DNA of 64,000 nucleotides from Nitrososphaerota archaeon (GTDB lineage Archaea; Thermoproteota; EX4484-205; JAAOZP01): NCBI GenBank assembly GCA_011605725.1, contig JAAOZP010000017.1, positions 352,001 to 416,000 of the forward strand, read 5' to 3'. Shown piece by piece: positions 18,160 to 28,342 of this stretch (position 1 is its first letter; each line of letters starts with the position of its first letter). The notes under the pieces were generated by a model. It saw only the letters and a program-made list of their open reading frames with translations, ran no database searches and was not told where the DNA came from. The position numbers and the translations under genes were made by a program.

Positions 18160-18252
18160 TGGACAATCGTCTCAACCCTTTCTTTTTTAAATGTTTCGGC
18201 GAACCGTCTTGCTAGACAAAGGTTTAAACAGGGGGCAGCAATACGCCTGTTC

Positions 18253-19635
18253 ATGAGTGCTACCTCCAGGTCTTGTGGAGAAGGTGAAAACACGGTTCGG
18301 AGCATAGGATCCCGGCTTGAGCTTTTCATCGACAACTGGCTTATAGCGGAGTCGAGGAACGTGGAGCTGAGGCTGCATAATCCTGTTCCGCAAGAGGTCT
18401 CCATAGTCTTCAACCAGCCTTGGGAGGGAAACACCTCAGGCTACGTGACAGTTTTTAAAGACGAAGACTGCTTCAGAATGTACTATCGCGGTTCAAACCA
18501 TGACTTGACAACTGGAGAGGCGACTCACCCGGAGTTCACGTGTTATGCTGAAAGCGTCGACGGCGTTAACTGGGTTAAGCCCAAGCTTAAACTATTCGAG
18601 TTCAACGGTTCAAGGCAGAACAATATTGTTTGGAGCGGTGTTGGAACGCATAATTTTACACCTTTCAGAGACACTAATCCAAACTGTTCACGAGAGGAAG
18701 CATATAAGGCTCTAGGGGTTGGCGACGGTGGACTCTACGCTTTCAAGTCTCCAGACGGTGTTCACTGGCAGTTAATGTCCAGCCAGCCGGTCATAACTAA
18801 GGGTGCTTTCGACTCTCAGAACCTGGCTTTCTGGGATACTGTTAGAAAGCGTTACGCTGCTTTCTTCCGCGGCTGGCGCCAAGGGACACGTGACATCCTG
18901 ACCTGCTTCTCGAAGGATTTCGTAAGCTGGACTGAGCCTGAATGGCTTGACTACGGTGAATCCCCGCGCGAGCATCTCTACACGAATGCAGTATTGCCAT
19001 ACTTTCGGGCTCCGCATGTCTTCCTAGGGTTTCCGATGCGCTTCATCCCAGACAGGGAGAAGACACCCCATTTTTACAAGGGTGTTTCAGACACAGTATT
19101 CATGAGCAGCCACGACGGTCTGCATTGGCAGCGATGGGCAGAAGCCTTCATCCGGCCTGGACCAATGCCTGAACGGTGGATTAACCGTAACAATATGACG
19201 GCGTGGGGAATTCTGGTTACGAAATCCAGGCTTACGAATGCTCCTGACGAGCTTTCACTATACTCTAATGAGGGATACTATACTTCCGGTAACCGTTTAC
19301 GCCGCTTCACGCTGCGAACAGACGGCTTTGTCTCCGTGCACGCGTCATATTCTGGAGGCGAGCTCGTCACCCATCCTCTAATGTTCAAAGAGGGGAGACT
19401 GCTGCTTAACTATTCTACGTCAGCTGCAGGAGGAGTAATGGTGGAAATCCTGGATGAGGATAGTAAGCCTATTCCAGGCTTCACGATGGAGGAGGCTGTG
19501 GAGCTTTACGGCGACGAGGTTGAAGCAGAAGCCAGGTGGAGAAACGGCTCGGACATAAGCAGGCTGTCAGGCCGGGTTGTCCGCATACGCTTAAGAATGT
19601 GGGATGCTGATGTTTACGCTTTAAAAGCGTGTTGA
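18253..19635 (+). CDS. Five-bladed beta-propeller glycoside hydrolase-like protein
   Basis: PWEG, FRMYY, AESVDGVNW, SPDGVHW, FDSQN, SHDGLHW and RTDGFVS repeats. Confidence 0.7.
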   Translation: MSATSRSCGEGENTVRSIGSRLELFIDNWLIAESRNVELRLHNPVPQEVSIVFNQPWEGNTSGYVTVFKDEDCFRMYYRGSNHDLTTGEATHPEFTCYAESVDGVNWVKPKLKLFEFNGSRQNNIVWSGVGTHNFTPFRDTNPNCSREEAYKALGVGDGGLYAFKSPDGVHWQLMSSQPVITKGAFDSQNLAFWDTVRKRYAAFFRGWRQGTRDILTCFSKDFVSWTEPEWLDYGESPREHLYTNAVLPYFRAPHVFLGFPMRFIPDREKTPHFYKGVSDTVFMSSHDGLHWQRWAEAFIRPGPMPERWINRNNMTAWGILVTKSRLTNAPDELSLYSNEGYYTSGNRLRRFTLRTDGFVSVHASYSGGELVTHPLMFKEGRLLLNYSTSAAGGVMVEILDEDSKPIPGFTMEEAVELYGDEVEAEARWRNGSDISRLSGRVVRIRLRMWDADVYALKAC

Positions 19636-19755
19636 AAAAAACACTGGGTAAACAAGCCACCGTTAAATTTTTAATCCCTATTTCCTCAACCCTTCTCATC
19701 TAGGGAAACATCATAAGGCTTTTATAGTTAACTCGCAATCGAGACGATAACTGCT

Positions 19756-21456
19756 TTGACCCAGCGGGTCGTGTTGGCAGACGAAGGTAAAAGCCCCTAC
19801 CGCATCATTATACCTGTTGACGCAATCCCTTCGGAGCGCTATGCTGCGGAAGAATTTCAGAAGTACTTTGAGCGAATCAGCAGCGTGAAGCTGCCCATTT
19901 CAACGGACGACCTGCCGATGACAAGCCATGAAATAATGCTCGGCGACAATAAGCATCTATACAGCCTAGGTTTGCGAGTAGATTTGAATAAACTTGGTCC
20001 AGAAGGCTTCCTGCTTAAAACATTAAACAATCATCTGGCAGTAGTGGGCGGCAGGCCTCGTGGAACTCTCTACGGCGTCTACACCCTGCTGGAAGAGAAG
20101 CTTGGCGTCCGGTGGTTCACTCCTGAAGTGGAGCATGTGCCTAACATGACGCGTGTCGAAATCCCTCCTCTAGACGAGATTCAGAAACCAGATTTAGAAT
20201 ACCGTGAAGTCTTCTGGACAGAAATGCTGAGGAATGCTGATTTCGCCGCCCGCCACAGGTTGAACGGTCATCATTACCGCTTGACTGAGAAGCACGGTGG
20301 ACGGGCAGCCGTATTCTATCCTTTTGTGCACAGTTTAAACGAGTTAATACCTTGTGAAATCTGTGAGCAGCACCCTGAGTTCTGGCCGATGGTGAACGGT
20401 AAACGTGTCAGCGGGTATGTTCAAAGATGCTTATCCAACCCTGAGCTTGTTAAAACAGCGGTTGAACGCGTGAAAAAATGGGTGGAGGAGCATCCTGACG
20501 CGACTATCATAGATGTTTCACAGAACGATACGGGCTACTGGTGTCAGTGTCCGGATTGCAAAGCATTCGACGAAGCCGAGGGAAGCCCAGCTGCGTCTCT
20601 CCTCAGGTTTGTAAACATTATTGCCGAATCTGTTGAAAAAGATTATCCGGGTATCCGTGTGGAGACACTAGCATACCAGTATAGCCGTAAGCCTCCGAAA
20701 AACCTGCGTCCGCGGAGAAACGTTATAATCAGGCTTTGCTCAATCGAATGCTGCTTCTCCCACCTGTTGGAAAACTGCCCGTCGGAGGAGAATAAGAGTT
20801 TCCGGAGAGATATTGAGGCCTGGCAGCCGGTTTCCCCCTTGCTTTATGTTTGGGATTACACTACTAACTTCGCCCATTATCTTCAGCCTTTTCCAAACCT
20901 TGAAGTGCTTCAGCAGAACGTAAAGTTCTTCGTTAAACACGGTGTCAAAGGCTTGTTTGAACAGGGTAACTATTCTCCAGGTGGAAACGGGGAGATGGCA
21001 CCGTTAAGAGCATACCTGTTGGCGAAGCTCCTATGGAATCCTGATACTGATCTAAAGAAGCATGTTGACGATTTTCTGAAAGGCTATTACGGTAGGGCGA
21101 TGAATGCTGTTCGAGCCTACATAGAGCTGCTACATAGGAAAGCGAGAGAGAAAGAAGTTCACGTACATATTTACGACCCACCGACCTCCGCGTTTTTAGA
21201 CGACGAGTTTCTAGAGGAGGCTGAAAAGCTTTTTGACGAGGCTGAACGACTTGCTGACGATGAGGAGATACGTTTTCGCGTGCAGGTGGCGCGCCTACCA
21301 GTCTGGTATGTTAAGCTGGCGACGAACCGGGTGAAGGGTGAAGAAAGGTTAGGGCTGCTCCGCAGGTTTCTAGAAGTAGCCCGCAGGGCTGGTGTCACGC
21401 ATATTAGTGAAGGCTTGAAACTGGATGACTGGGTGAAGCGAATGGTTGAAGAATAA
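19756..21456 (+). CDS. DUF4838 family protein (glycoside hydrolase-like)
   Basis: RGTLYGVY..LE..LGVRW, CLSNP, SQND..CQC..C, TLAYQY, IECCFSH, VWDY. Confidence 0.8.
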   Translation: MTQRVVLADEGKSPYRIIIPVDAIPSERYAAEEFQKYFERISSVKLPISTDDLPMTSHEIMLGDNKHLYSLGLRVDLNKLGPEGFLLKTLNNHLAVVGGRPRGTLYGVYTLLEEKLGVRWFTPEVEHVPNMTRVEIPPLDEIQKPDLEYREVFWTEMLRNADFAARHRLNGHHYRLTEKHGGRAAVFYPFVHSLNELIPCEICEQHPEFWPMVNGKRVSGYVQRCLSNPELVKTAVERVKKWVEEHPDATIIDVSQNDTGYWCQCPDCKAFDEAEGSPAASLLRFVNIIAESVEKDYPGIRVETLAYQYSRKPPKNLRPRRNVIIRLCSIECCFSHLLENCPSEENKSFRRDIEAWQPVSPLLYVWDYTTNFAHYLQPFPNLEVLQQNVKFFVKHGVKGLFEQGNYSPGGNGEMAPLRAYLLAKLLWNPDTDLKKHVDDFLKGYYGRAMNAVRAYIELLHRKAREKEVHVHIYDPPTSAFLDDEFLEEAEKLFDEAERLADDEEIRFRVQVARLPVWYVKLATNRVKGEERLGLLRRFLEVARRAGVTHISEGLKLDDWVKRMVEE

Positions 21457-21787
21457 GCATGCTTAGAAGTTTTCAATACGCGCGCTGTATTCGCTGGGCA
21501 AAGTACCTCTAGCTCTGTTAACTTCATACCAATAGTGTAGCTTAGGCTACCACAGTATGCGATCAACCTTTCTATGTTCAAACACAGCGATTGTAAGCTG
21601 CCTATCATCCATATTTAACTAGCAATGCTATTAACACTCCTTTCTCTTTTAAGCCTTCCACCAGCACATTGAAAGATTGGGAAAACAAGCGTGGTGCGTG
21701 TTAATTTTCTAAGTCTTACAAAACGTGGCAAACAGCTGGCTCGTATTAAAGCTTAAATAATGGAATCGCCAATAAACGCGGTGAAAG

Positions 21788-22486
21788 TTGGAGATATTCG
21801 AGAGTTTCTCTAAGTCTGTCGACTACGTTTCGAAGCTGTTGTCAAGAGGAGTGGAGCTCATAGCAATGATAATAATCAGCATAATTCCCATAGTCAACTT
21901 CATCTTCCTGGGCTATTGCAGTAAGATTTTGAAAGAGGGGCCTGCCAAGGACGAGCCCCCGAAGTTCGAGAACTTCGGAGAACTCTTTTGGGACGGGTTA
22001 AAGATATTCGTCGTAGCACTGTTATGGGCATTGCTGGCTATAATAATACTGGTGGCTGTGCTCGTCTCAGTTGTGCCTTGGTACTGGATCGGCAGCAGGC
22101 TCGGCTTTGCTAGTCTCGGAGTCATGCCACTCATCGCCATATTCACAGCACTCCTAGTTGGCATATGCGTGGGAATATTTGGGGTAATAGGTGTCCTTCT
22201 CGCCGCTAAGACTGGGGAAATATCTAAAGGGTTTTCCCTTCAGCAGATAATGACAGTGATAAACAGCGTCGGCTTAGCCAACCATGTTATCTGGGTGGTT
22301 GTATCAGCCATCATAACACTCATAGTAGGCTTGTTAAGCACGGTGCCGCTGATCGGTTGGCTCATAATCCTGGTGATAACTCCTCTTCTTGCAACCTTTC
22401 TAGCCAGGGCTGCAACACTCTTCTATTCGGATGCTGTTGAAAAAACCCTACTTCCGCCACCCCCGCCTCCACCTATAACTGTTTAA
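21788..22486 (+). CDS. DUF4013 family membrane protein
   Basis: IIPIVNFIFLGY, PPKFENFGELFWDGLK; poly-Pro C-terminal tail. Confidence 0.75.
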   Translation: MEIFESFSKSVDYVSKLLSRGVELIAMIIISIIPIVNFIFLGYCSKILKEGPAKDEPPKFENFGELFWDGLKIFVVALLWALLAIIILVAVLVSVVPWYWIGSRLGFASLGVMPLIAIFTALLVGICVGIFGVIGVLLAAKTGEISKGFSLQQIMTVINSVGLANHVIWVVVSAIITLIVGLLSTVPLIGWLIILVITPLLATFLARAATLFYSDAVEKTLLPPPPPPPITV

Positions 22487-22637
22487 CCATCACGCGAGTT
22501 TCCCCTGAAAACCTGATTGAAGTAGTTTTTCAGCTTATACCATATTGTTTCCCGTGGCATGTGAATCAGCCAGCGCATCTGCAAAAATGTCTCATTTCAG
22601 CGCTCTAAATCTTTTTTAAACCAGAAGACGTTTCCCA

Positions 22638-23498
22638 GTGATCATGGGAGACTGGACTAGGAGAATCTTCATAGAACGAGCTGATCTCTTTCTTAAAATC
22701 ATGAATGAGAAATGGATTAAAACAGAGGCTCTCGTCGACGGAATGATAAGGCTGCTTAAGGATTTCAACATTGAAAGCGGAAGGATACTGGATCTTTGCT
22801 GCGGAAACGGGAGGGTTGCAATAACCTTTGCTAAAAAGGGTTTCAGAGCCGTGGGCATCGATTTTTCCCCCATGTTTATCGAAGATGCTAAAGAAAAGGC
22901 AAGGGAGCTAGGCGTCTCTAAAAGGACCAGCTTCATATGTGGCGACGCTAGAAGACTCTTGAGCCTCGTGCCCAAGGATGCGTTTTTCGACGTAGTAACC
23001 AGTGTCTGGACATCAATAGGCTATTACAGTAAGGATGAAGACCTTTCAGTTTTCAAGCAGGCGAGAAAGCTAACAAGAGATGGAGGGATACTTTTCATAG
23101 CTGAGACAGTTCATAGAGATTCCCTAAACCTGAGTTTCTGCCCTTCATCGTTCACGCTCTACGAGAATATTGTTCTAGTTGAAGAAAGGAAGTGGGACGT
23201 GCTCACCTCTAAGCTTAGAACCACATGGTCTTTCTACGCGAAGAACGGTGATAACCTAAGGCTTATTGACAGAATCATGTTCGACATATACGTCTATAGC
23301 GTAAGCGAGCTTGCATCAATGTTGAGGGAAGCAGGTTGGGAAACCGTCGCAACATATGGGAACCTGGCTACTGGACAACTGTTCAGCCCCTGGACAGAGT
23401 TAAACCTGGTTGCGAAAACCACTAACATGCAGCATGATGAAAAAGGTAGTGGCACTACACAGTTTTTTAAAAAGACTGAAAGGAGTTTAAAGGATTAA
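22638..23498 (+). CDS. Class I SAM-dependent methyltransferase
   Basis: ILDLCCGNGR, GIDFS, GDAR, WTSIGYY. Confidence 0.88.
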   Translation: MIMGDWTRRIFIERADLFLKIMNEKWIKTEALVDGMIRLLKDFNIESGRILDLCCGNGRVAITFAKKGFRAVGIDFSPMFIEDAKEKARELGVSKRTSFICGDARRLLSLVPKDAFFDVVTSVWTSIGYYSKDEDLSVFKQARKLTRDGGILFIAETVHRDSLNLSFCPSSFTLYENIVLVEERKWDVLTSKLRTTWSFYAKNGDNLRLIDRIMFDIYVYSVSELASMLREAGWETVATYGNLATGQLFSPWTELNLVAKTTNMQHDEKGSGTTQFFKKTERSLKD

Positions 23499-24427
23499 GC
23501 TTCCTTAACACCCTCTAAAGCCTCGCGCAAACCCTTGTAGCGGTTACGAACAGTAACCTCAGTAACATTACTTGCTTCAGCAATCTGTTTTTGAGTGAAC
23601 AATTGTAAACCAAGCCTCTGCGTAGCAAGATACATCGCGGCCGCAACCATTCCAAGCGGGTCTTTACCAGCCGTGATCTTTTTCTCCTTAGCCTCTTTTA
23701 AAATTTTCAATGTTTCTCTCTCCACCTCCGGTCCGACTTTAAGCTTGCTCGCGACTTTTTCAACATATATCGCCGGGTCGCTGAGAGGCATTTTGCTTTC
23801 AAGCGACCTGATCAACAGCCTGTAGCTTCTCGCCACCTCCTTCCTCTTAAGCCCTGAAGCATTCGCAACCTCTTTAAGCGTCCTCGGGATTCCACTGTCT
23901 CTGCATGCTGCGTACAATGCTGCCGCCGCGAGACTGTTTATCGGTCTCCCCCTCACCAGTCCTCTTTCAAGAGCGTCACGATAGATCTGCACTGCCCTCG
24001 TGTATGTTGCCTTCGGCGCTTTAAGCTGGTCTGCTATCTGCGATATTACTTTACTCGCAACCTGCAGGTTTCTCTCCGCCGAGTTGTACGCCCTGTTTCT
24101 CTGCTGCCATAGTCTTAGCTTCTGGGCTTCAGCCATTGCTTTCTCAGAAAGCACTTTGCCAGTTGCGTCTTTAATTCCTGTTTCAAGCGTGGTTGATAGT
24201 CCATAATCATATATTGCTGTTGATAGGGGACTTCCAACCCTATCTCTTTTCTCTGATTCCTCGTCTCCAAATTCCCTCCATTCTTTCGACTCGTCAAGCA
24301 TCTTCTGCACGAGTACGAAGCCGCATGCTGAGCAATAGATTTCCCCAGACCTTTTATCCTCCACTATCTTCTTCGAGCCGCACTGGGGACATGCCCACCT
24401 CTGCAGCTCGTCTGATGGGAGGCTCAT
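23495..24427 (-). CDS. tfb: Transcription initiation factor IIB (TFB)
   Basis: CPQCGS..CSACG zinc ribbon, EWREF, RVGSP, two cyclin repeats, VTEVTVRNRY. Confidence 0.96.
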   Translation of the reverse strand: MSLPSDELQRWACPQCGSKKIVEDKRSGEIYCSACGFVLVQKMLDESKEWREFGDEESEKRDRVGSPLSTAIYDYGLSTTLETGIKDATGKVLSEKAMAEAQKLRLWQQRNRAYNSAERNLQVASKVISQIADQLKAPKATYTRAVQIYRDALERGLVRGRPINSLAAAALYAACRDSGIPRTLKEVANASGLKRKEVARSYRLLIRSLESKMPLSDPAIYVEKVASKLKVGPEVERETLKILKEAKEKKITAGKDPLGMVAAAMYLATQRLGLQLFTQKQIAEASNVTEVTVRNRYKGLREALEGVKEA

Positions 24428-24621
24428 CTCTCAAACCTCCTGCGGAAAAGCTTAAAAGCAGGTGCCATTTTCACTCAACCCTCCCATACCATTATTTAAA
24501 CTTTTCGCTTTTCCGGCCGAGTAGTCAAAAACCCCCTTCTCACGGTTTCCCCAGCCGAATAAACCCTTATTTCCCAGTTTCTCCCGGATGATTAAAACCG
24601 TTTAAAAGGGTTTAGAGTATT

Positions 24622-24639
24622 ATTTAGCGCACGCTAAAT
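24622..24639. repeat. Inverted repeat ATTTAGCG-CA-CGCTAAAT overlapping the dinB start (motif copy AGCGCACGCT)
   Basis: Perfect 8-bp arms seen directly in the sequence. Confidence 0.6.
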
Positions 24640-25780
24640 GAGCCTTTGGAAAAACCCTGTCGAAAAGCAGGCGTCGCAACCCAGAGTTATAATGCTCGTT
24701 GACCTAGACTATTTTTTCGCGCAGTGCGAGGAAGTAAGGAATCCTTCTTTAAGAAACAAGCCTGTGGTTGTATGTGTGTACTCTGGAAGAAGTGGGGAAA
24801 GCGGTGTTGTGAGCACTGCAAACTATGAGGCTAGGAAATACGGTGTTAAATCAGGCATCCCTATCACCGTGGCTAAAAAAAGGCTGGCGAATGTTGACGC
24901 AGTATTTCTCCCTGTTGACCATGATTATTACGACAGGGTTTCAGAAGAAGTGATGAATATCCTTAGGAATCATGCTGATGTCTTCGAGCAGGCGGGGGTT
25001 GACGAAGCCTACTTGGATGTGAGCGAGAGAGTTGGAAGAAGCTTTGATAAAGCCAGGGAATTAGCTGAGAAGATAAAGGAGGAGGTGAGGAGAAGCAAGG
25101 GGTTGACATGTTCAATAGGCATCGGTCCGAATAAGCTTGTCGCTAAGATTGCTGCCGACAGTCAAAAGCCGGATGGCCTAACGGTTGTTAAACCCGAAGA
25201 GGTTCAAGGCTTCCTTTCACCCCTGCCGGTCAACCGGTTAATCGGAGTCGGAGCCAAGACCCAGAGCCGGATGGAGAGCCTAGGCATTAAGACGATCGGC
25301 GACCTAGCTGGTTTTAGTGTTCAGAGGCTCGTTGAGCTTTTCGGGGAGAAGCTTGGCATTTACTTCTATAATGCTTCCCATGGGGTAGATAACAGGCCTG
25401 TTGAAGAAAAAGGTGAAACGGCATCCATAAGTAGAATATCGACTCTTAGGGAAGATACTCGCGACACAGAGGCTATTATGAGAAAGGCTGGTGAGCTTTG
25501 CGACGAGATTCAAGCTGAACTCGCCCGGCGTAGGCTAAAGGCTAAGCAGATTGGAATAATAGTTATTTCTAAAGATACTAGTGTTCACAGCAGGTCGAAA
25601 ACCCTGGCACAGCCCACGAGTAATCCGGAGGCGCTTAAAAAGGATGTGAGAGAACTGTTTGAAAGATTTCTGAGGGAATCCGGGCTTGAAGCGCGAAGAG
25701 TAGGTGTGAAGGTCTCAGGCTTCGTTAGAGGAGACAGTCAGAGAAGACTGGGAAGCTTTATTCAGGGCGAGGCAGAGTAA
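24638..25780 (+). CDS. dinB: Y-family DNA polymerase IV (Dpo4/DinB)
   Basis: VDLDYFFAQCE, STANYEARKYGV, GVDEAYLD, NKLVAKIA, KPDG. Confidence 0.95.
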   Translation: MSLWKNPVEKQASQPRVIMLVDLDYFFAQCEEVRNPSLRNKPVVVCVYSGRSGESGVVSTANYEARKYGVKSGIPITVAKKRLANVDAVFLPVDHDYYDRVSEEVMNILRNHADVFEQAGVDEAYLDVSERVGRSFDKARELAEKIKEEVRRSKGLTCSIGIGPNKLVAKIAADSQKPDGLTVVKPEEVQGFLSPLPVNRLIGVGAKTQSRMESLGIKTIGDLAGFSVQRLVELFGEKLGIYFYNASHGVDNRPVEEKGETASISRISTLREDTRDTEAIMRKAGELCDEIQAELARRRLKAKQIGIIVISKDTSVHSRSKTLAQPTSNPEALKKDVRELFERFLRESGLEARRVGVKVSGFVRGDSQRRLGSFIQGEAE

Positions 25781-26058
25781 TACTTCCTCAAACATCCAGG
25801 CAATCCGTCACCACAGGCTTCCGTCAGTAGTGTGCACCGGATCTTCCGGAGACGAAGACAACGATACCAGCCATGGTTTGTCTTAGACACCGCATCCCGC
25901 CGGCTAATCCATATTCAAAAACCCTTAACCTCCCTGTTCCACCGGTTTTTATGCGCAGAACCATTGTCCTAATTGATGCTCATTTTCACACAACCCTCTC
26001 CCTCAAACGTTTACCTGCCTCCGTATTTTTAAAGACGGTTTCAAACGGCTTTTCAGCC

Positions 26059-27021
26059 ATGATGACGGAGTGCTCGCTTGAGGATATTGACGGCGTTGGG
26101 CCTGCGACGGCGAGGAAGCTCAGGGAAGCTGGCTTCGTAAGCATTGAGTCCCTAGCGGTTGCAACAGCATTCGAGATCTCCGAGGCTACTGGAATAGGCT
26201 ATGATACTGCTCTCAAGATCTCCCAGGCTGCCAGGGAGCTTGTCAAGATAGACCTGGTTACTGCAGACGAGGTTTTGAAGAGGAGGCAGCAGGCCCAGAA
26301 GATCACGACTGGAAGCAAAGCCTTAGACGCTCTTCTCGGGGGAGGAATCGAGACTCAAGCCATAACGGAGCTTGTTGGAGAATTCGGAACCGGGAAGACC
26401 CAGCTCTGCCACACTTTATGCGTGACAGTTCAGCTTCCCAAGGATAAGGGCGGGTTGGAGGCCGGCGCGTTATTCATAGATACTGAGGGGACGTTCAGGC
26501 CTGAGAGGATTGTTCAGATAGCTAGGAAACACAGGCTTGAAGCCGAGAAGGCTCTTAAGAACATTATCTACGCTAGAGTTTACAACTCTGATCATCAGGT
26601 TCTCTTGGTTGACAAGGCTTGGGAAATATGCAGTCAGCACCCAATAAGGCTGATTATCGTAGACTCTCTGACAAGCCAGTTCAGGGGAGAGTATCTTGGG
26701 AGGGAAGCGTTAGCCTTAAGGCAGCAGAGGCTTAACGGCCATGTTCACAAGCTGCTTAAGTTGGCTGAGGCTCTTAACCTTGCCGTTGTCGTTACTAACC
26801 AGGTTGTCGCTAACCCTGGCCAGTTCTTCGGAGACCCCAACAAGCCGGCAGGCGGGAACGTAGTTGCGCATGCAAGCACCTACAGGCTGTTTCTAAGGAA
26901 GGGTAAGGAGAATACCCGTGTTGCATGCCTCTTCGACGCTCCACACCTGCCTTATGGGGAGGCTTCTTTCCTCGTTGGTGAAGGCGGGGTTGTGGATTCG
27001 CCAGGATCCGAGTCTAGTTAA
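26059..27021 (+). CDS. radA: DNA recombinase RadA
   Basis: N-terminal HhH (GVGPATARKL), Walker A GEFGTGKT, IDTEGTFRPER, VDS, TNQV, GGNVVAH. Start re-set to ATG 26059. Confidence 0.93.
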   Translation: MMTECSLEDIDGVGPATARKLREAGFVSIESLAVATAFEISEATGIGYDTALKISQAARELVKIDLVTADEVLKRRQQAQKITTGSKALDALLGGGIETQAITELVGEFGTGKTQLCHTLCVTVQLPKDKGGLEAGALFIDTEGTFRPERIVQIARKHRLEAEKALKNIIYARVYNSDHQVLLVDKAWEICSQHPIRLIIVDSLTSQFRGEYLGREALALRQQRLNGHVHKLLKLAEALNLAVVVTNQVVANPGQFFGDPNKPAGGNVVAHASTYRLFLRKGKENTRVACLFDAPHLPYGEASFLVGEGGVVDSPGSESS

Positions 27022-27796
27022 ACGGTACTACGAGTCAGCAAGTATTCCGGTAAACCTGCCCTGGAAACTTAGCAGGAAGCATATCAGGATAGTTACTCGA
27101 GACGGGCGTTTCATAAAGCTTAACACGCTTAGAAACAGGATAAACTCTAAAGCATTATGGAGGCTCTGCGCCAAGTATGCTCCTACGCACGTCTGCATGA
27201 GCGTGCTCGACTACCTTTCCCCTGAGAAGGTTGGGCTGAGTAGCGAAGCAAGACATGCCTACCCTGTTGGCGGAGAGTATGTTGTCGACGTTGACAACTC
27301 CCTGTTTAGAGGGATAGATAGCCACGAGCATCCCAGGACACTGGTCTGCTACGAGTGTCTAGAGATTGTTAAGAAGTACACCATTAGAATCTGCGAACTC
27401 ATCGAGGAGAACTACAGCAACATAATTATAGTTTTCAGCGGCGTAAGGGGCTTCCACATTCATGTGCTCGACTTTCAGGCTGGAGACTGGGCTTCCTTCG
27501 ACGGGCACAACCTGTTTAAGAGTCACAAGGCCGCCAGGTTTCGCTACACCCTCCACCTCTCTAGGATGCTTGACACGCTTTTAGATAAGTCCCGTTTCAC
27601 GCTCTCAGTAGACCCGATGAAGGCTATAGCTGTTCCCTACTCTCTCAACGCCTCCACCATGCTGGTTTGCAGACCCGTAGGAAGCAGAATAGACCTTGAG
27701 AGGAAGAGCGTAACCAAGATACTCGACGAGGCAAACCCGGCTCTATTAATATGGCCGGTTAAAGCCATCTCTGAGCAACACGTCGAGTTTCAGTAA
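26990..27796 (+). CDS. Divergent archaeo-eukaryotic primase (PriS-like) protein
   Basis: EYVVDVD (motif I), H.H..C..C zinc site, FSGVRGFH (motif II), D..K...PYSLN. TTG start with GGTGA 8 nt upstream, overlapping the radA end. Confidence 0.75.
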   Translation: MWIRQDPSLVKRYYESASIPVNLPWKLSRKHIRIVTRDGRFIKLNTLRNRINSKALWRLCAKYAPTHVCMSVLDYLSPEKVGLSSEARHAYPVGGEYVVDVDNSLFRGIDSHEHPRTLVCYECLEIVKKYTIRICELIEENYSNIIIVFSGVRGFHIHVLDFQAGDWASFDGHNLFKSHKAARFRYTLHLSRMLDTLLDKSRFTLSVDPMKAIAVPYSLNASTMLVCRPVGSRIDLERKSVTKILDEANPALLIWPVKAISEQHVEFQ

Positions 27797-27940
27797 ACCA
27801 TTTACGCTAAAAACACCGTAGGCCGTATCCGCGAATGATTTTCCATGCTCCTCCTAAACGTGAAAATGCGATTTTCAGGGAAACTCATGTTCGAAGGGAT
27901 AAGGAAACAGATAAATCAAAGAGCAGGCTTATTCCTAATC

Positions 27941-28342
27941 GTGGTGACTAGGGCGAGAGATTTAATCGAGGATGCTGAGGACTTCCTAGGGTCTGCTTTA
28001 GACCTGTTTAAAACCGGAAGATGGTCAAAAGTATGCTTTAACGCGCAACAGGCAGCCGAGCTTTCCCTCAAGGCGGCTTTAAATCACTACGGTGTCGAAA
28101 AAAGGACGCACTCGCTTGTCGACCTAGTCGAAGAGCTGATTAAGATAGATGAACGGTTCAAAGCCTTTCAGGAAAACGCTAAGATACTGGACCAGTACTA
28201 TATTCCGACAAGGTATGCCAATGCTTTTGCAAGCGGGCCCGCTAAGAGATATTTCACAAGGCTACAGGCTGAGCAGGCAATAAGCCTAGCGAAATCCATT
28301 TTCGAGGAGGCGAAGAAGATTGTTACCGAAGGAGAAACTTAA
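27941..28342 (+). CDS. HEPN domain protein
   Basis: CFNAQQAAELSLKA, THSL, YIPTRY. Confidence 0.88.
   Translation: MVTRARDLIEDAEDFLGSALDLFKTGRWSKVCFNAQQAAELSLKAALNHYGVEKRTHSLVDLVEELIKIDERFKAFQENAKILDQYYIPTRYANAFASGPAKRYFTRLQAEQAISLAKSIFEEAKKIVTEGET

Noticed and set aside
25873-26058. N-terminal extension of RadA given in the ORF track
   Set aside because: Homology begins at ATG 26059, which has a TATA-like box upstream.
26918-27021. Programmed frameshift fusing RadA to the AEP
   Set aside because: No slippery site seen; an SD-preceded TTG start explains the overlap.
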